DNA of 64,000 nt from Candidatus Omnitrophota bacterium (lineage in GTDB: Bacteria; Omnitrophota; Gorgyraeia; Gygaellales; JBFMHM01), in assembly GCA_040753015.1 (NCBI GenBank), contig JBFMHM010000002.1, forward strand, positions 102,111-166,110, read 5' to 3'. This document shows, one piece after another, positions 30,700-41,056 of the stretch. The notes under the pieces were generated by a model. The model worked only from the letters and a program-made list of their open reading frames with translations, was not told where the DNA came from and ran no database searches. The first letter of the stretch is position 1; each line of letters opens with the position of its first letter. The translations under genes and the position numbers were made by a program.

Positions 30700-32397
30700 T
30701 TATTCTTCGGTGGTTGCTTCTACTGCTTCTTCTAAAGAAATAACCCCTTGCTGAACTTTTAATAAAGCGTCATCTCTTAAAGTTCTCATCTTTAGTTCTT
30801 TAATAGCATACTCGTTAATCTGAGAAGAATCAACTTTTTTCACAATCATCTCACGAATTTTATCATTAATAATAAGCGCCTCTAATATTGCAACCCTGCC
30901 TAAATAACCTGTATTATTACAGTATTGACATCCCTTGCCTCTAAAAAAAGTTATTTTATCTTTAATTCTTAATTTTTCAATTAAATCTTTTGGAACGCTT
31001 TCTTCTTCTTTGCAATGCGTGCATATTTTTCTACATAATCTTTGAGCGCAAGCAAAAATTAAACTTGAAGCAATAAGAAATGGTTCAACTCCCATATCAA
31101 TCAATCTAGTTATGCTGGAAGCCGCGTCATTTGTATGCAAAGTCGAAAGTATTAATTGTCCTGTAAGCGATGCTTTAACGGCAATATCTGCGGTTTCACC
31201 ATCGCGAATTTCTCCAATCATTATAACATCCGGGCTCTGCCTAAGTAAAGACCTGAGCCCTTGTGCAAAATCTAAGCCAATTTCCGGCTTAACCTGCACC
31301 TGAGTAATACCTTCGATCTGATATTCTACAGGATCTTCAATAGTAATAATATTTTTTTGTGGAGTATTTAGCTGTGTAACAATTGAATATAACGTTGTTG
31401 ATTTTCCTGATCCTGTTGGGCCAGTGACTAAAATCATGCCAAAAGGTTTTTTTATTGCTTCTTGGAAAAGCCTTAAAGGTTCTTCCGAAAAACCTAGCTT
31501 CTCAAGGCCGAAAGAAAGATTGCCCTTATCTAATGCTCTTAAAACGAACTTCTGGCCAAAATTAATCGGCAGGCATGAAACACGAAAATCAATTTCTCTA
31601 CCTTCTAATCTAACTTTAAAACGCCCGTCCTGTGGAATACGTGATTCTGTAATATCCATGCCAGAAACTATTTTTAGCCTTGCCGTTACTGCATTTTGCT
31701 TTGACCTAGGAATATTAAACACTTCGTGTAAAATTCCGTCAATTCGATATCTGATACGAACCATTCCTTCCTCGGGCTCAATATGGATGTCCGAAGCCCT
31801 TCTTTTAAGTGCTTCTATTATTAATAAATCTACGAGTTTTACAATTGGTGCTTTTGAGCTTTCTTCAATTAACTCACCTAAATTCATAGAAGATTCTTCT
31901 TTTACCACCTCAACATCTTCACCTAAACTTTGCGCCTCTAAAACAAGCTTAGATAAATCTTCACCTTTTTTATAATAACTATCTATAGCTAAAACTATAT
32001 CTTGTTCTGATGTCAGAACTAAATCAATCTTAAAACCGGTTAGAACCTTTAAATCGTCTAAAGCAAAAATATTAAGAGGATCCACGATAGCAACAGTAAG
32101 AGTTTTTCCAATGACTGAAATTGGAATTAATTGATATTGACGGCAAATTTTTTCTGGAACTAATCCAATTACAGACGGCTCTATTTTATATTTAGATAAT
32201 TTAATATGGGGTATTAATAATTCTCGAGATAATAAAGCAATAAGATCATCTTCGGAAATAACTTTTTCTTTTAATAAAATATCGCGGAATGATTCTTTTG
32301 TCTGCTTATGTGATTTAAGCAACGACTCTATCTGTTCCTTAGTCGCTTTTTTATCTTTCGTCAAAACTTCTATAAGTGTATCTTTAAGGCTTATCAT
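30700..32397 (-). CDS. pilB: PilB/GspE extension ATPase (copy 2)
   Basis: ASDIHIEP, GPTGSGKST, EDPVE, LRQSPD, LHTND, tetra-Cys motif. Confidence 0.92.
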   Translation of the reverse strand: MISLKDTLIEVLTKDKKATKEQIESLLKSHKQTKESFRDILLKEKVISEDDLIALLSRELLIPHIKLSKYKIEPSVIGLVPEKICRQYQLIPISVIGKTLTVAIVDPLNIFALDDLKVLTGFKIDLVLTSEQDIVLAIDSYYKKGEDLSKLVLEAQSLGEDVEVVKEESSMNLGELIEESSKAPIVKLVDLLIIEALKRRASDIHIEPEEGMVRIRYRIDGILHEVFNIPRSKQNAVTARLKIVSGMDITESRIPQDGRFKVRLEGREIDFRVSCLPINFGQKFVLRALDKGNLSFGLEKLGFSEEPLRLFQEAIKKPFGMILVTGPTGSGKSTTLYSIVTQLNTPQKNIITIEDPVEYQIEGITQVQVKPEIGLDFAQGLRSLLRQSPDVIMIGEIRDGETADIAVKASLTGQLILSTLHTNDAASSITRLIDMGVEPFLIASSLIFACAQRLCRKICTHCKEEESVPKDLIEKLRIKDKITFFRGKGCQYCNNTGYLGRVAILEALIINDKIREMIVKKVDSSQINEYAIKELKMRTLRDDALLKVQQGVISLEEAVEATTEE

Positions 32398-32399
32398 TG

Positions 32400-34109
32400 C
32401 TATTCATCCGGGGCTGTTATTCTTACTACCTCTTCTAAAGTTGTAATGCCTTCGCTTGCTTTCTCCATACCTTCCTCTCTCAACGTAAGCATACCTTCAT
32501 CCCTGCTTATTTTTTTAATCATGTATTCCTGGGCGCCTTCCAAAACAAGATCTCTAATTTTAGGCGTCAAAATTAGCACTTCAGCAATAGCAACTCTTCC
32601 TTTATAGCCGGTATTAAAACATTGCGCGCAACCTTTTGCTCTATAGAATTTTCTTGTTGGAATTTTTTTTAAATTCAGAGACTGCATTATATCATCGGAT
32701 AAAACATATTCTTCTCGGCAACTTACACAAACTTTTCTAAGAAGCCGTTGAGCAATAATCGCAATAACAGATGAAGTAATTAAAAAGGGCTCTATGCCAA
32801 TATTGGCTAAACGCATAACAGCTGCAGGAGCTGTTGTGGTATGAACAGTAGTTAATACTAGATGCCCTGTTAACGCTGCCTTAATTGATATATCAGCTGT
32901 TTCATGATCCCTAATCTCACCTACCATAATAACATCGGGATCCTGTCTTAATATTGAACGTAGGCAGCTTGCAAAAGTTAAATCAACCTCTGGCCTTATG
33001 TTAACTTGATTTATACCTGCCAACTGAAATTCAATTGGATCTTCAACCGTTATAATATTCTCTCTTGGGGTATCAATAAACTCTAATATAGAATATAACG
33101 TTGTAGTCTTTCCTGACCCAGTAGGGCCGCAAACAATAATCATGCCATGTGGTTTTTGTGAAGACCTCTTAATTCTATCTAATGCAGTTTGGGAAAAACC
33201 TAATTTTTCAATATCAAGCTGAGCTTGCGATTTATCTAATACGCGAAGAGCAACCTTTTCCCCAAACGAAGAGGCAATAACAGAAACACGAAAATCCACT
33301 TCCCGCGTACCTATTTTTATTTTAAAACGACCGTCTTGAGGAAGCCTATGCTCGGCAACATTAAGATTAGAAATAACCTTTATCCTGGAAACAATAGGCG
33401 CAAGCATAGATTTTGGCGGAGACTCCTGCTCTTGTAAAACACCGTCTATTCTATATCGAACACGCATCCTATTTTCTAATGGTTCAATTAAAATATCTGA
33501 TGCATACATATTAACTGCTTTTTCTAAAATCATGTTTGCTACTTTTATAACCGGGGCCTCATTTATAATTTGATTTATTGTAGCCAAAGAAAAAACTTCT
33601 TCTTTCTCGGCTCTAATTAACTCAATACTCCCGTCCTTAAAACCTTCGACCAGCTCTTCTATAGCTTCTTTTGCGCTTTCTTCATAATATTGATTTATAG
33701 TAGCATTAAGTTCTGAAGGAGAAACGATAACAGGAGTTATTTGATAGCCTGTAAGACTCTTAACATCATCGATTGCGAATACATCTAAAGGATCGCTCAT
33801 TGCAAGTGTTAGAGTCTTTCCAATCAAGGATACTGGGATAATTTGATATCGATGCGCTAAATCTTTACTGATGATTTTTATAACTGACCTTTCGATTTTA
33901 ATCCGCTTCAGGTCAATAATCGGGAATCCGAGGCCTTCGCTCAAAACTGGAAATAACTCTTTTTCTTTGATCAGATTATCTTCTATTAATATATCAACAA
34001 GCCTCTTCCTTCTCTTCTTGGCTAAATCAATAGCTTCTTTTAATTTGATTTCGGAGATTAAATTATTTTTTATTAAAATCTCATAAACTCTCTGAGCAAT
34101 TGATATCAT
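32400..34109 (-). CDS. pilB: PilB/GspE extension ATPase (copy 1)
   Basis: ASDILIEP, GPTGSGKTT, EDPIE, LRQDPD, VHTTTA, tetra-Cys motif. Confidence 0.92.
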   Translation of the reverse strand: MISIAQRVYEILIKNNLISEIKLKEAIDLAKKRRKRLVDILIEDNLIKEKELFPVLSEGLGFPIIDLKRIKIERSVIKIISKDLAHRYQIIPVSLIGKTLTLAMSDPLDVFAIDDVKSLTGYQITPVIVSPSELNATINQYYEESAKEAIEELVEGFKDGSIELIRAEKEEVFSLATINQIINEAPVIKVANMILEKAVNMYASDILIEPLENRMRVRYRIDGVLQEQESPPKSMLAPIVSRIKVISNLNVAEHRLPQDGRFKIKIGTREVDFRVSVIASSFGEKVALRVLDKSQAQLDIEKLGFSQTALDRIKRSSQKPHGMIIVCGPTGSGKTTTLYSILEFIDTPRENIITVEDPIEFQLAGINQVNIRPEVDLTFASCLRSILRQDPDVIMVGEIRDHETADISIKAALTGHLVLTTVHTTTAPAAVMRLANIGIEPFLITSSVIAIIAQRLLRKVCVSCREEYVLSDDIMQSLNLKKIPTRKFYRAKGCAQCFNTGYKGRVAIAEVLILTPKIRDLVLEGAQEYMIKKISRDEGMLTLREEGMEKASEGITTLEEVVRITAPDE

Positions 34110-34553
34110 TTATTTTTTATAAAATTTGTCAATTGCATTTTTTATATCGCTAAATGTACTTACAAAAATCTGCACGCTTAATTTTGTAAGAGTTTCAATA
34201 TCTTCTACTGCCTGTAGATTTAAAGGATTTGACATTGACACAGTTAGGGTATTGCCAATCTTGTCAATTGGCATCAGGCAATACTGGCGACAAACTCTCT
34301 CTGGAATAATACTGATTATTTCAGAGCCAATTTCATAATTAGAGAGCGGTAAATAGGGATAGCCGTATTGAGTAGTTATCGCCTGAGCAATATCAATTTC
34401 TTTAGCATAACCCATATCAACTAAAACTTCACCAATTAAACCACCCTTTTGTTTTTGCAATAAAAGGGCCTCGTTTAGTTGATCCTGAGTGATAATTTTT
34501 CTTTCAATTAGAAGCTCGCCTAACTGCTTAGTAATTATTTTTCGTGATGGCAT
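34110..34553 (-). CDS. Stand-alone MshEN (c-di-GMP-binding) domain protein
   Basis: QLGELLIERKIITQDQLNEALLLQ followed by LIGEVLVDMGY (tandem MshEN motif); no ATPase domain. Confidence 0.85.
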   Translation of the reverse strand: MPSRKIITKQLGELLIERKIITQDQLNEALLLQKQKGGLIGEVLVDMGYAKEIDIAQAITTQYGYPYLPLSNYEIGSEIISIIPERVCRQYCLMPIDKIGNTLTVSMSNPLNLQAVEDIETLTKLSVQIFVSTFSDIKNAIDKFYKK

Positions 34554-34554
34554 C

Positions 34555-35982
34555 TTAAGCTAAAATTACTCCTTTCGATTCTTTGCTACCAGAAAGCAGC
34601 TCTCTTGCCTTTGTTATTAATTCATTAGCGTTTACTCCATCAAGAGGATTTTCAGAAACCGCAATATTTAATATAATAGGTAACATAATTTCTTTATCAT
34701 TAGATAATAAAGAATCAATCAATCTTTTTAGTTTTATTGCTTTTTCTTTTGCTTGTTTTTTATTTTTTTCAGGAATCACGATAGCGAAACTATTCGAGTT
34801 AAAACGCCCGGCTTTTTCTACAGGGCTTAATTCATCTTTTATTATTAAAGCAATTTTCTTTAGTGCTTTTTCAGCTGTGATATCTCCAAACTGCTGTCTG
34901 TAATCTCTAAAATTTATTATCTCCAGGTCTAAAAATGAACACGGCCTTTGAAACATAATCGCTCTTTTGATTTCATCTTCAAGATAATTAATAATAAAAT
35001 TTTCATTATAAAGCCCTGTTAAAGCATCCCTGGTTTCGAGCTGCTTTACCCTATGAATTAAAGCATCGTTTTCAATAGCTATAGAAATTTGTTTTGAAAA
35101 AATATTTAAAAAATCCATAGACTCTTGGACAAAGAAGAAATCCTCTATATTGTTGCCTATAATCAACATGCCTACAACTTCTTGCTTTGTTACAATCGGA
35201 ATCAATATAATATTCCTTAAACTTAACTCATCAATCAACGCCTGCTCATCCTTTGTAATTTTTTTCCTAGAAACATCTAAAACCAAAACTTTTTTCTCTT
35301 CTATAATTTTTAGAAATAATTTTCCAATATCTCCTTTATCTAAAAATATCTGCTTATTGAATAAAGATTTGGCAAGCTTTCCAGATGCACACACTACTTT
35401 ATAATTTAAACGCTCCTGTTCACTTTTACTAAATAGGACTGCTGCCTCACAACCAGGTATTGCCTGCATCTTTTCAACTGTTGATGATAAAATTTCATCC
35501 AAGGAAAGACCCTGAGTAATAAGATTGCTAACCTGTAGAATACCTGAGAGAACCAATATCCTATTTTGTATCTGAATATTTGTCCTTTGTGCCTCTTGGC
35601 CAAAGACATTTAATTGCTGCATATTATCTTTAACTTTCGAAGTAATTTCATTTAGTGCAGCGCCTAAATCTCCCAGCTCATCTTCTCTGTCTATCTTAAT
35701 CCTTCTTGTATAATCACCATTTGCAATTAATTTTGCATCATTGCTCATTCTAATAAGCGGCTCGATAATCTGTTTAATAAGCAAAAACCCTCCGTATGCA
35801 ACACAAATACTAACTAAAACTATAAATGTAAAATTGATTTTTTTTGAAGCTAGAAGGCTGATATAATCAGAAAAAACATATAATATAACAAGAATAGGAA
35901 TGACAAACGTAAGCGCAAAGGAAATTTTTAGGACATATCGCAGGCTCTTAGTAGTAAGAGAAATTTTTTTTGCTTTCAGCAT
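34555..35982 (-). CDS. 2TM-HAMP-GAF-degenerate GGDEF protein
   Basis: HAMP (REDELGDLG), GAF, DALTGLYN; active site reads GRFNSNSF in place of GGDEF. Confidence 0.85.
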   Translation of the reverse strand: MLKAKKISLTTKSLRYVLKISFALTFVIPILVILYVFSDYISLLASKKINFTFIVLVSICVAYGGFLLIKQIIEPLIRMSNDAKLIANGDYTRRIKIDREDELGDLGAALNEITSKVKDNMQQLNVFGQEAQRTNIQIQNRILVLSGILQVSNLITQGLSLDEILSSTVEKMQAIPGCEAAVLFSKSEQERLNYKVVCASGKLAKSLFNKQIFLDKGDIGKLFLKIIEEKKVLVLDVSRKKITKDEQALIDELSLRNIILIPIVTKQEVVGMLIIGNNIEDFFFVQESMDFLNIFSKQISIAIENDALIHRVKQLETRDALTGLYNENFIINYLEDEIKRAIMFQRPCSFLDLEIINFRDYRQQFGDITAEKALKKIALIIKDELSPVEKAGRFNSNSFAIVIPEKNKKQAKEKAIKLKRLIDSLLSNDKEIMLPIILNIAVSENPLDGVNANELITKARELLSGSKESKGVILA

Positions 35983-36054
35983 TTTAAACTCCTTTTATTT
36001 TCTGCCCGCTAAAAATAAATTATCAGATTATTATTATAGATAACTTTTGATTAC

Positions 36055-36083
36055 AATATACTCTAGTGATAAATTAATGTCAA
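36055..36083 (-). promoter_or_regulatory. Sigma70-type promoter of the pilus cluster
   Basis: TTGACA-N17-TATATT directly after the radical SAM stop. Confidence 0.65.
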
Positions 36084-37763
36084 TTACAAAAACATTTTTT
36101 TATAATTATTAATTAAAAATTGTTTATTTAATCCTGTATCTATATAGTCCCAAGGCAGAGTATCGCGAATGTCTCTTTGCTTTAAATAACTATCTAGGTT
36201 AATATTCTCTTCTCTAAAAGAATCTTGCCATAAATAAAAATTGAAATGATCCTGCCAGCCGTCAAATTTTGCGCCCTTTTGCCATACTCTATAAATAATC
36301 CTACCTAACGCCCTATCGCCTCTAGATAGCACTGCCTCTATAATGCTAGTTTCCAAATTATGAAAGCTTATCTTCAAGCTGCTAGATATCTTTTTTAAAT
36401 TTACCCTAAGATATTCCTCTTTGCGCTTCAAGTTTATGGCATTATCAAACGCCAGCCATTGCAATGCTGTATGCGGCTTCGGAATAAGATTTGAAATGCT
36501 TAAATTTAAAAATATCTTTTTGTTGCTCACCCTCTTACCGACATCAAAAATCTCTCTTGATAAATTAATTATCTGCTCTAACTCCTCCTCTGTTTCCGTA
36601 GGTATGCCAATCATAAAATATAATTTAATATGAAGATACCCTGCCTTAAATAACTCCTGGCTAGTTTTTTTTAGTTCTTCAATATTAAGATTTTTATTTA
36701 AAACACATCTTAGCCTTAAACTTGCTGTTTCGGGTGCAAAAGTAATTGTAGTTTTTTTAACTTTACTTAATAAACCTCCCAGCCTTGTGACTAAAGAATT
36801 TGCCCTAATCGAAGGAAAAGACAAGGCAATTTTCCGTTCATTACAAAAATCATAAACTTCCCCTATAAAATTATCTAAATTCAAATAGTCAGAAGCTGAA
36901 AGGCCCATAAGAGAAACTTCTTCATACCCTGTATTATTATAAAGATCTATTAATTGTTTTTTTAATACATCAACTTTTCTCTCTCGATATGGCCAATAAT
37001 AAACTCTTGCCTGGCAGAAATAACAATTATTCGGGCAACCGCGCGCTATCTCTAAAGATAATCGGTCATGAACTATCTCGATATACGGTACAATCCAATT
37101 TTTAGGAAAATAGGCGGTATTTAAATCTTTAACAACCCTTTTTTTTATTGTTTTTTTATTCTCGAAGCTAGGCACATGCACGCCTTCTATATTCGAAAAT
37201 TCAAGCAATAATTCCCGCCTATCCAGTTTTCTATTATTTCTATAAACTTCTAATATTTCTAAAATTGCCTCTTCCGCGTCACCAACTAAAAATAAATCAA
37301 AAAAATCCGCAACAGGCTCTGGATTTAATGTACAGTTTCCTCCGCCGATAACCAAAGGATGCAAAATAGTCCTATCTTTTGATAACAAAGGTAGCCCAGA
37401 CAGATCAAGCATATTTAAAACATTAGTATAATTTAATTCATAGGTTAAGCTAAATCCTATAATATCAAATTCTTTCAAAGGAACTCTATTCTCTAAAGAG
37501 AAAAGCGGTATTTTATTATCACGCAAAATTTTTTCAAAATCATCTGCGGGCGCAAATACTCTCTCGCAGCAAATATCTTTTTGTTCATTTAATAAACCAT
37601 ACAGAATACGCAATCCTAAATAACTCATACCTAATTCATAAATATCAGGAAAACATAAGGCAAATTTAATGTCACAAGTTTTGGGATCTTTTTTAATAGT
37701 GTTCCATTCACCGCCAATATACCTAGCGGGTTTTCTAACTTGCAATAAATAATCTTCGATCAT
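36084..37763 (-). CDS. TIGR03960-like radical SAM protein
   Basis: KPARYIGGE, FPDIYELGMS, RGCPNNCYFC, PKPHT. Confidence 0.9.
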   Translation of the reverse strand: MIEDYLLQVRKPARYIGGEWNTIKKDPKTCDIKFALCFPDIYELGMSYLGLRILYGLLNEQKDICCERVFAPADDFEKILRDNKIPLFSLENRVPLKEFDIIGFSLTYELNYTNVLNMLDLSGLPLLSKDRTILHPLVIGGGNCTLNPEPVADFFDLFLVGDAEEAILEILEVYRNNRKLDRRELLLEFSNIEGVHVPSFENKKTIKKRVVKDLNTAYFPKNWIVPYIEIVHDRLSLEIARGCPNNCYFCQARVYYWPYRERKVDVLKKQLIDLYNNTGYEEVSLMGLSASDYLNLDNFIGEVYDFCNERKIALSFPSIRANSLVTRLGGLLSKVKKTTITFAPETASLRLRCVLNKNLNIEELKKTSQELFKAGYLHIKLYFMIGIPTETEEELEQIINLSREIFDVGKRVSNKKIFLNLSISNLIPKPHTALQWLAFDNAINLKRKEEYLRVNLKKISSSLKISFHNLETSIIEAVLSRGDRALGRIIYRVWQKGAKFDGWQDHFNFYLWQDSFREENINLDSYLKQRDIRDTLPWDYIDTGLNKQFLINNYKKMFL

Positions 37764-37765
37764 AT

Positions 37766-38863
37766 TTAAAATACTATCTTCGTCCTGCTGATATTTAATA
37801 AAATTCCTAAACTTAAAAAAGTTATAACAAGCGATGACCCGCCATAACTCATAATTGGAAGAGGCAAACCAACAATAGGTAAGAGACCAAGATTCATAGA
37901 AATATTAATGAAAATTTGCATGCCTAAACTTAAAACAATTCCGTAAGACAAAAGTTTTCCAAACATATCCTTTGTCTTTTCTGCAATATTCAATGTTTGA
38001 TAAATTAGCAAATAATACAAACTAAACAGTATCAATACGCCTATAAAACCCCATTTCTCACAAAATGATGCAAATATAAAATCGGTATGCGCTTCTGGTA
38101 AAAACCTTAATCTACTCTGTGTTGCATCAACTAACCCCTTCCCAAATATTCTTCCAGAACCAACCGCAATTTTAGACTGAATAATTGTATACCCTGCGCC
38201 TAAAGGATCAAGGTTAGGGTTAATAAAAACAAGGATTCTGTCTTTTTGATAAGGTTTTAATGAATTCCAAAAAAATGGCGCAAGTAATAAGCTCGCTAAA
38301 ATAAAAAATATAATGAATTTTTTATTTATTCCAACAATAAAAAGCATTGAAATAAAAATAAAAATTAAAACTAATGCCGTGCCCAAATCTGGTTGTTTTA
38401 AAATAAACCCTACTGGAATTAAAATTAAAATGAATGGCAAGATTAAAGCTTTAAAGATTCCAAACTGATTCGCATTTTGTTTCACATAAAAAATATTTTT
38501 TTTACTAAAATAATGAGCGAGTAATAAAACAACCGAAACCTTGGCAAGCTCTGAAGGTTGAAAATTTAACCACCAAAGTTTAATCCAACGTTGAGCTCCA
38601 AGACGTGTCGCTCCAAAAACACTAACAAAAATTAATAAAATACAAACAAAAATAAAAAGAGGCACTGTAAATAATTTTAATTTTCGATAAGGAAATTTTG
38701 ATGCCCCAAACATACAAATAAAAGATATAATCATCCATAGGGCTTGTCGAAAAAATACCTGCTTTATATACTGTATCTGAGAAATTTTCGAAATAGTATA
38801 TAAGTTTATCAGGCTTAATAAAACTAAACCGAATACTGCTAAAATAAAGAATTTATTTCTCAT
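37766..38863 (-). CDS. rodA: Rod shape-determining protein RodA
   Basis: GAQRW, QPSE, QPDLGT, PEAHTDF, SYGGSS. Confidence 0.94.
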   Translation of the reverse strand: MRNKFFILAVFGLVLLSLINLYTISKISQIQYIKQVFFRQALWMIISFICMFGASKFPYRKLKLFTVPLFIFVCILLIFVSVFGATRLGAQRWIKLWWLNFQPSELAKVSVVLLLAHYFSKKNIFYVKQNANQFGIFKALILPFILILIPVGFILKQPDLGTALVLIFIFISMLFIVGINKKFIIFFILASLLLAPFFWNSLKPYQKDRILVFINPNLDPLGAGYTIIQSKIAVGSGRIFGKGLVDATQSRLRFLPEAHTDFIFASFCEKWGFIGVLILFSLYYLLIYQTLNIAEKTKDMFGKLLSYGIVLSLGMQIFINISMNLGLLPIVGLPLPIMSYGGSSLVITFLSLGILLNISRTKIVF

Positions 38864-40575
38864 TAGATTAAACTTTCTTTCTGTAAATCTTCGATGATTT
38901 TTTTGGTCAAATATGAGCTAGCTGCTCCGCTGCCACCATTCTCTAAAAACACGCAAATTGAAATTTTCGGATTATCTGCCGGTAAATAACCTACAAACCA
39001 ACCATGTGATTCTTTACCTGCCACCTGCGCAGTTCCTGTTTTACCCGCTATGCTTAAATCCTGCATATAAAGATTGTGCGCTGTGCCATCGGACCTATCA
39101 ACTACACCAAAAAGCCCTTCTTTTACAATCTGTAAATTATTATTATTTTTAAAAGTTAATTTTTTAATAACCGGTGATTTCTTTACATCTCCTATTTGCT
39201 TAACAATATACGGCTTTACCAATAAACCGTTGGTTGCAAAAACATTAATCATTACAGCCATCTGAATTGGAGTAGTCAATAAATCGCCCTGGCCGATCGA
39301 AAAATTAGCCGTATCTCCATCAAACCAGCCGCGGAATTTCTTAACACGTTTCCAAAATGGGCTAGGAACTAACCCCTTATTTTCATTAGGCAAATCTATA
39401 CCTGTATGTTCGCCTAAATTGAATTTTTGTGCGTACTCAGCAATTAAGTTTGGGCCTAATATTAGTCCTAAATTATAAAAATAAACATCGCAAGAATGCT
39501 CAATCGCCTCAATCATATTTTGTAAACCGTGTATACTCCAACAGCCAAAATTTCTTGCACCCACCTTCATAAACCCTTTACAATCAAACTTCTTAGTTAA
39601 ATTAATTTTTTTTGTCTCAAGGCCTGCCATACTAACCACAGGCTTAAAAATCGACCCAGGAGGAAAAACCCCAGAAATAGCCCTATTTAAAAGAGGCGAC
39701 GACTTGCTTTTTAACAGCATTTTTATTCTATCCCTATCATCCTTATTTTGTGAAATAAACCAACCTGGATTAAAATTCGGGCTTGAGGCAAGGGCAAGTA
39801 TTTCACCTGTTTTGGATGACATAATAACAACTGCTCCCTTTTTACCGATAAGTGAATTTTCTACTATTCTTTGAATAGCCGCATCTATAGTTAAATATAA
39901 CGAAGCACCATCCTTCGGTTTTCGCACACCTAAAATACTTACAAGCCTCCCTCTATGATCAACTTCAATTTGCATACCACCCTTAGCTTCTCTTAAAAAA
40001 TAATCATATTTTTCTTCAATCCCAGAAAAACCAACTAAATCCGTAGGATTATATCCATACGGCTTTAACAACTGCAGCCTTGTTTTATCAATCTTGGAAA
40101 GATAACCTAAGACATGAGAACACAGGCTGCTGAAAGGATAATAACGGGTATAATTTTTTTCTATGATTACTCCGGGTAAATCAAGTTTATTCTCCTCAAT
40201 TTTTATAATTTCATTTCTGGAAATATGTTTTTTTATAACTGCTGGAATAAAAGGAGCGGCATAATTTTTTTTGAATTCTTTTTCTAAAATATCCTTATCT
40301 TCGCCTAATATCTTTGAAACTTGATTTAGAGCTTTATCTTTATCTGTTTCTTGCAAAACAATACTTAAATCAAAAGATGACTTATTTTCTACTATAATTT
40401 TTCCATTCCTATCAAAGATTTCACCTCTCATTGAATCCAAGGGAATAATACGAATGCAATTTTTTTTACTTAAGGAATTGAAAAAATTGCCTTTGATAAT
40501 TTGGAAAAAGAATAAAGTAAAAATTAAAATAATAAATCCGCCGGCAAAAATTATTTTAACTAATCGATTGGACAT
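38863..40575 (-). CDS. mrdA: Penicillin-binding protein 2
   Basis: RGEIFDRNG, PGSIFK (SxxK), SCD, KTGT. Confidence 0.93.
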   Translation of the reverse strand: MSNRLVKIIFAGGFIILIFTLFFFQIIKGNFFNSLSKKNCIRIIPLDSMRGEIFDRNGKIIVENKSSFDLSIVLQETDKDKALNQVSKILGEDKDILEKEFKKNYAAPFIPAVIKKHISRNEIIKIEENKLDLPGVIIEKNYTRYYPFSSLCSHVLGYLSKIDKTRLQLLKPYGYNPTDLVGFSGIEEKYDYFLREAKGGMQIEVDHRGRLVSILGVRKPKDGASLYLTIDAAIQRIVENSLIGKKGAVVIMSSKTGEILALASSPNFNPGWFISQNKDDRDRIKMLLKSKSSPLLNRAISGVFPPGSIFKPVVSMAGLETKKINLTKKFDCKGFMKVGARNFGCWSIHGLQNMIEAIEHSCDVYFYNLGLILGPNLIAEYAQKFNLGEHTGIDLPNENKGLVPSPFWKRVKKFRGWFDGDTANFSIGQGDLLTTPIQMAVMINVFATNGLLVKPYIVKQIGDVKKSPVIKKLTFKNNNNLQIVKEGLFGVVDRSDGTAHNLYMQDLSIAGKTGTAQVAGKESHGWFVGYLPADNPKISICVFLENGGSGAASSYLTKKIIEDLQKESLI

Positions 40576-40585
40576 ATTATTTAAA

Positions 40586-41056
40586 TTAACGATATGAAAT
40601 TTTAATTTTAAAATAATTAAATAATTTTTTTAATAAATAAATTATTGCCAAGCTTAGCAAAAAAGTATAAAAAGCAGCAATAATAATTAATCTTATCGAG
40701 AAATTGTGCGAGAAGACCGCGAGAATCAAAAAATTGATAATAACCCCTATAAAAATAATCAGGCCTTGAGTAAATATCTGCTCCCTATAAACCTTAAATT
40801 TAATCCTTTTTAAAAATATATTCCATAGAGTATAAGTAATAATATTTAAACCAAAAAGGCCCGAAGAAAAGATATCTAATAATAAACCATTAAAAGCTGA
40901 AAGCATAAAAGATAAAGGATCCTTCAAAAGAAGGCTAAAAAAGACACATAGAATGAATAAAAATTGAGGTGTTATATTTGTATTAAAATAATAATTCCAA
41001 TTCAGTTGAATAAAAGCTGTAATTAGGCAAATAAAAAATAAAACAATAGCTCTCAT
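40586..41056 (-). CDS. mreD: Rod shape-determining protein MreD
   Basis: Multi-TM, GLLLDIFS..FGLN, position between mreC and mrdA. Confidence 0.8.
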   Translation of the reverse strand: MRAIVLFFICLITAFIQLNWNYYFNTNITPQFLFILCVFFSLLLKDPLSFMLSAFNGLLLDIFSSGLFGLNIITYTLWNIFLKRIKFKVYREQIFTQGLIIFIGVIINFLILAVFSHNFSIRLIIIAAFYTFLLSLAIIYLLKKLFNYFKIKISYR

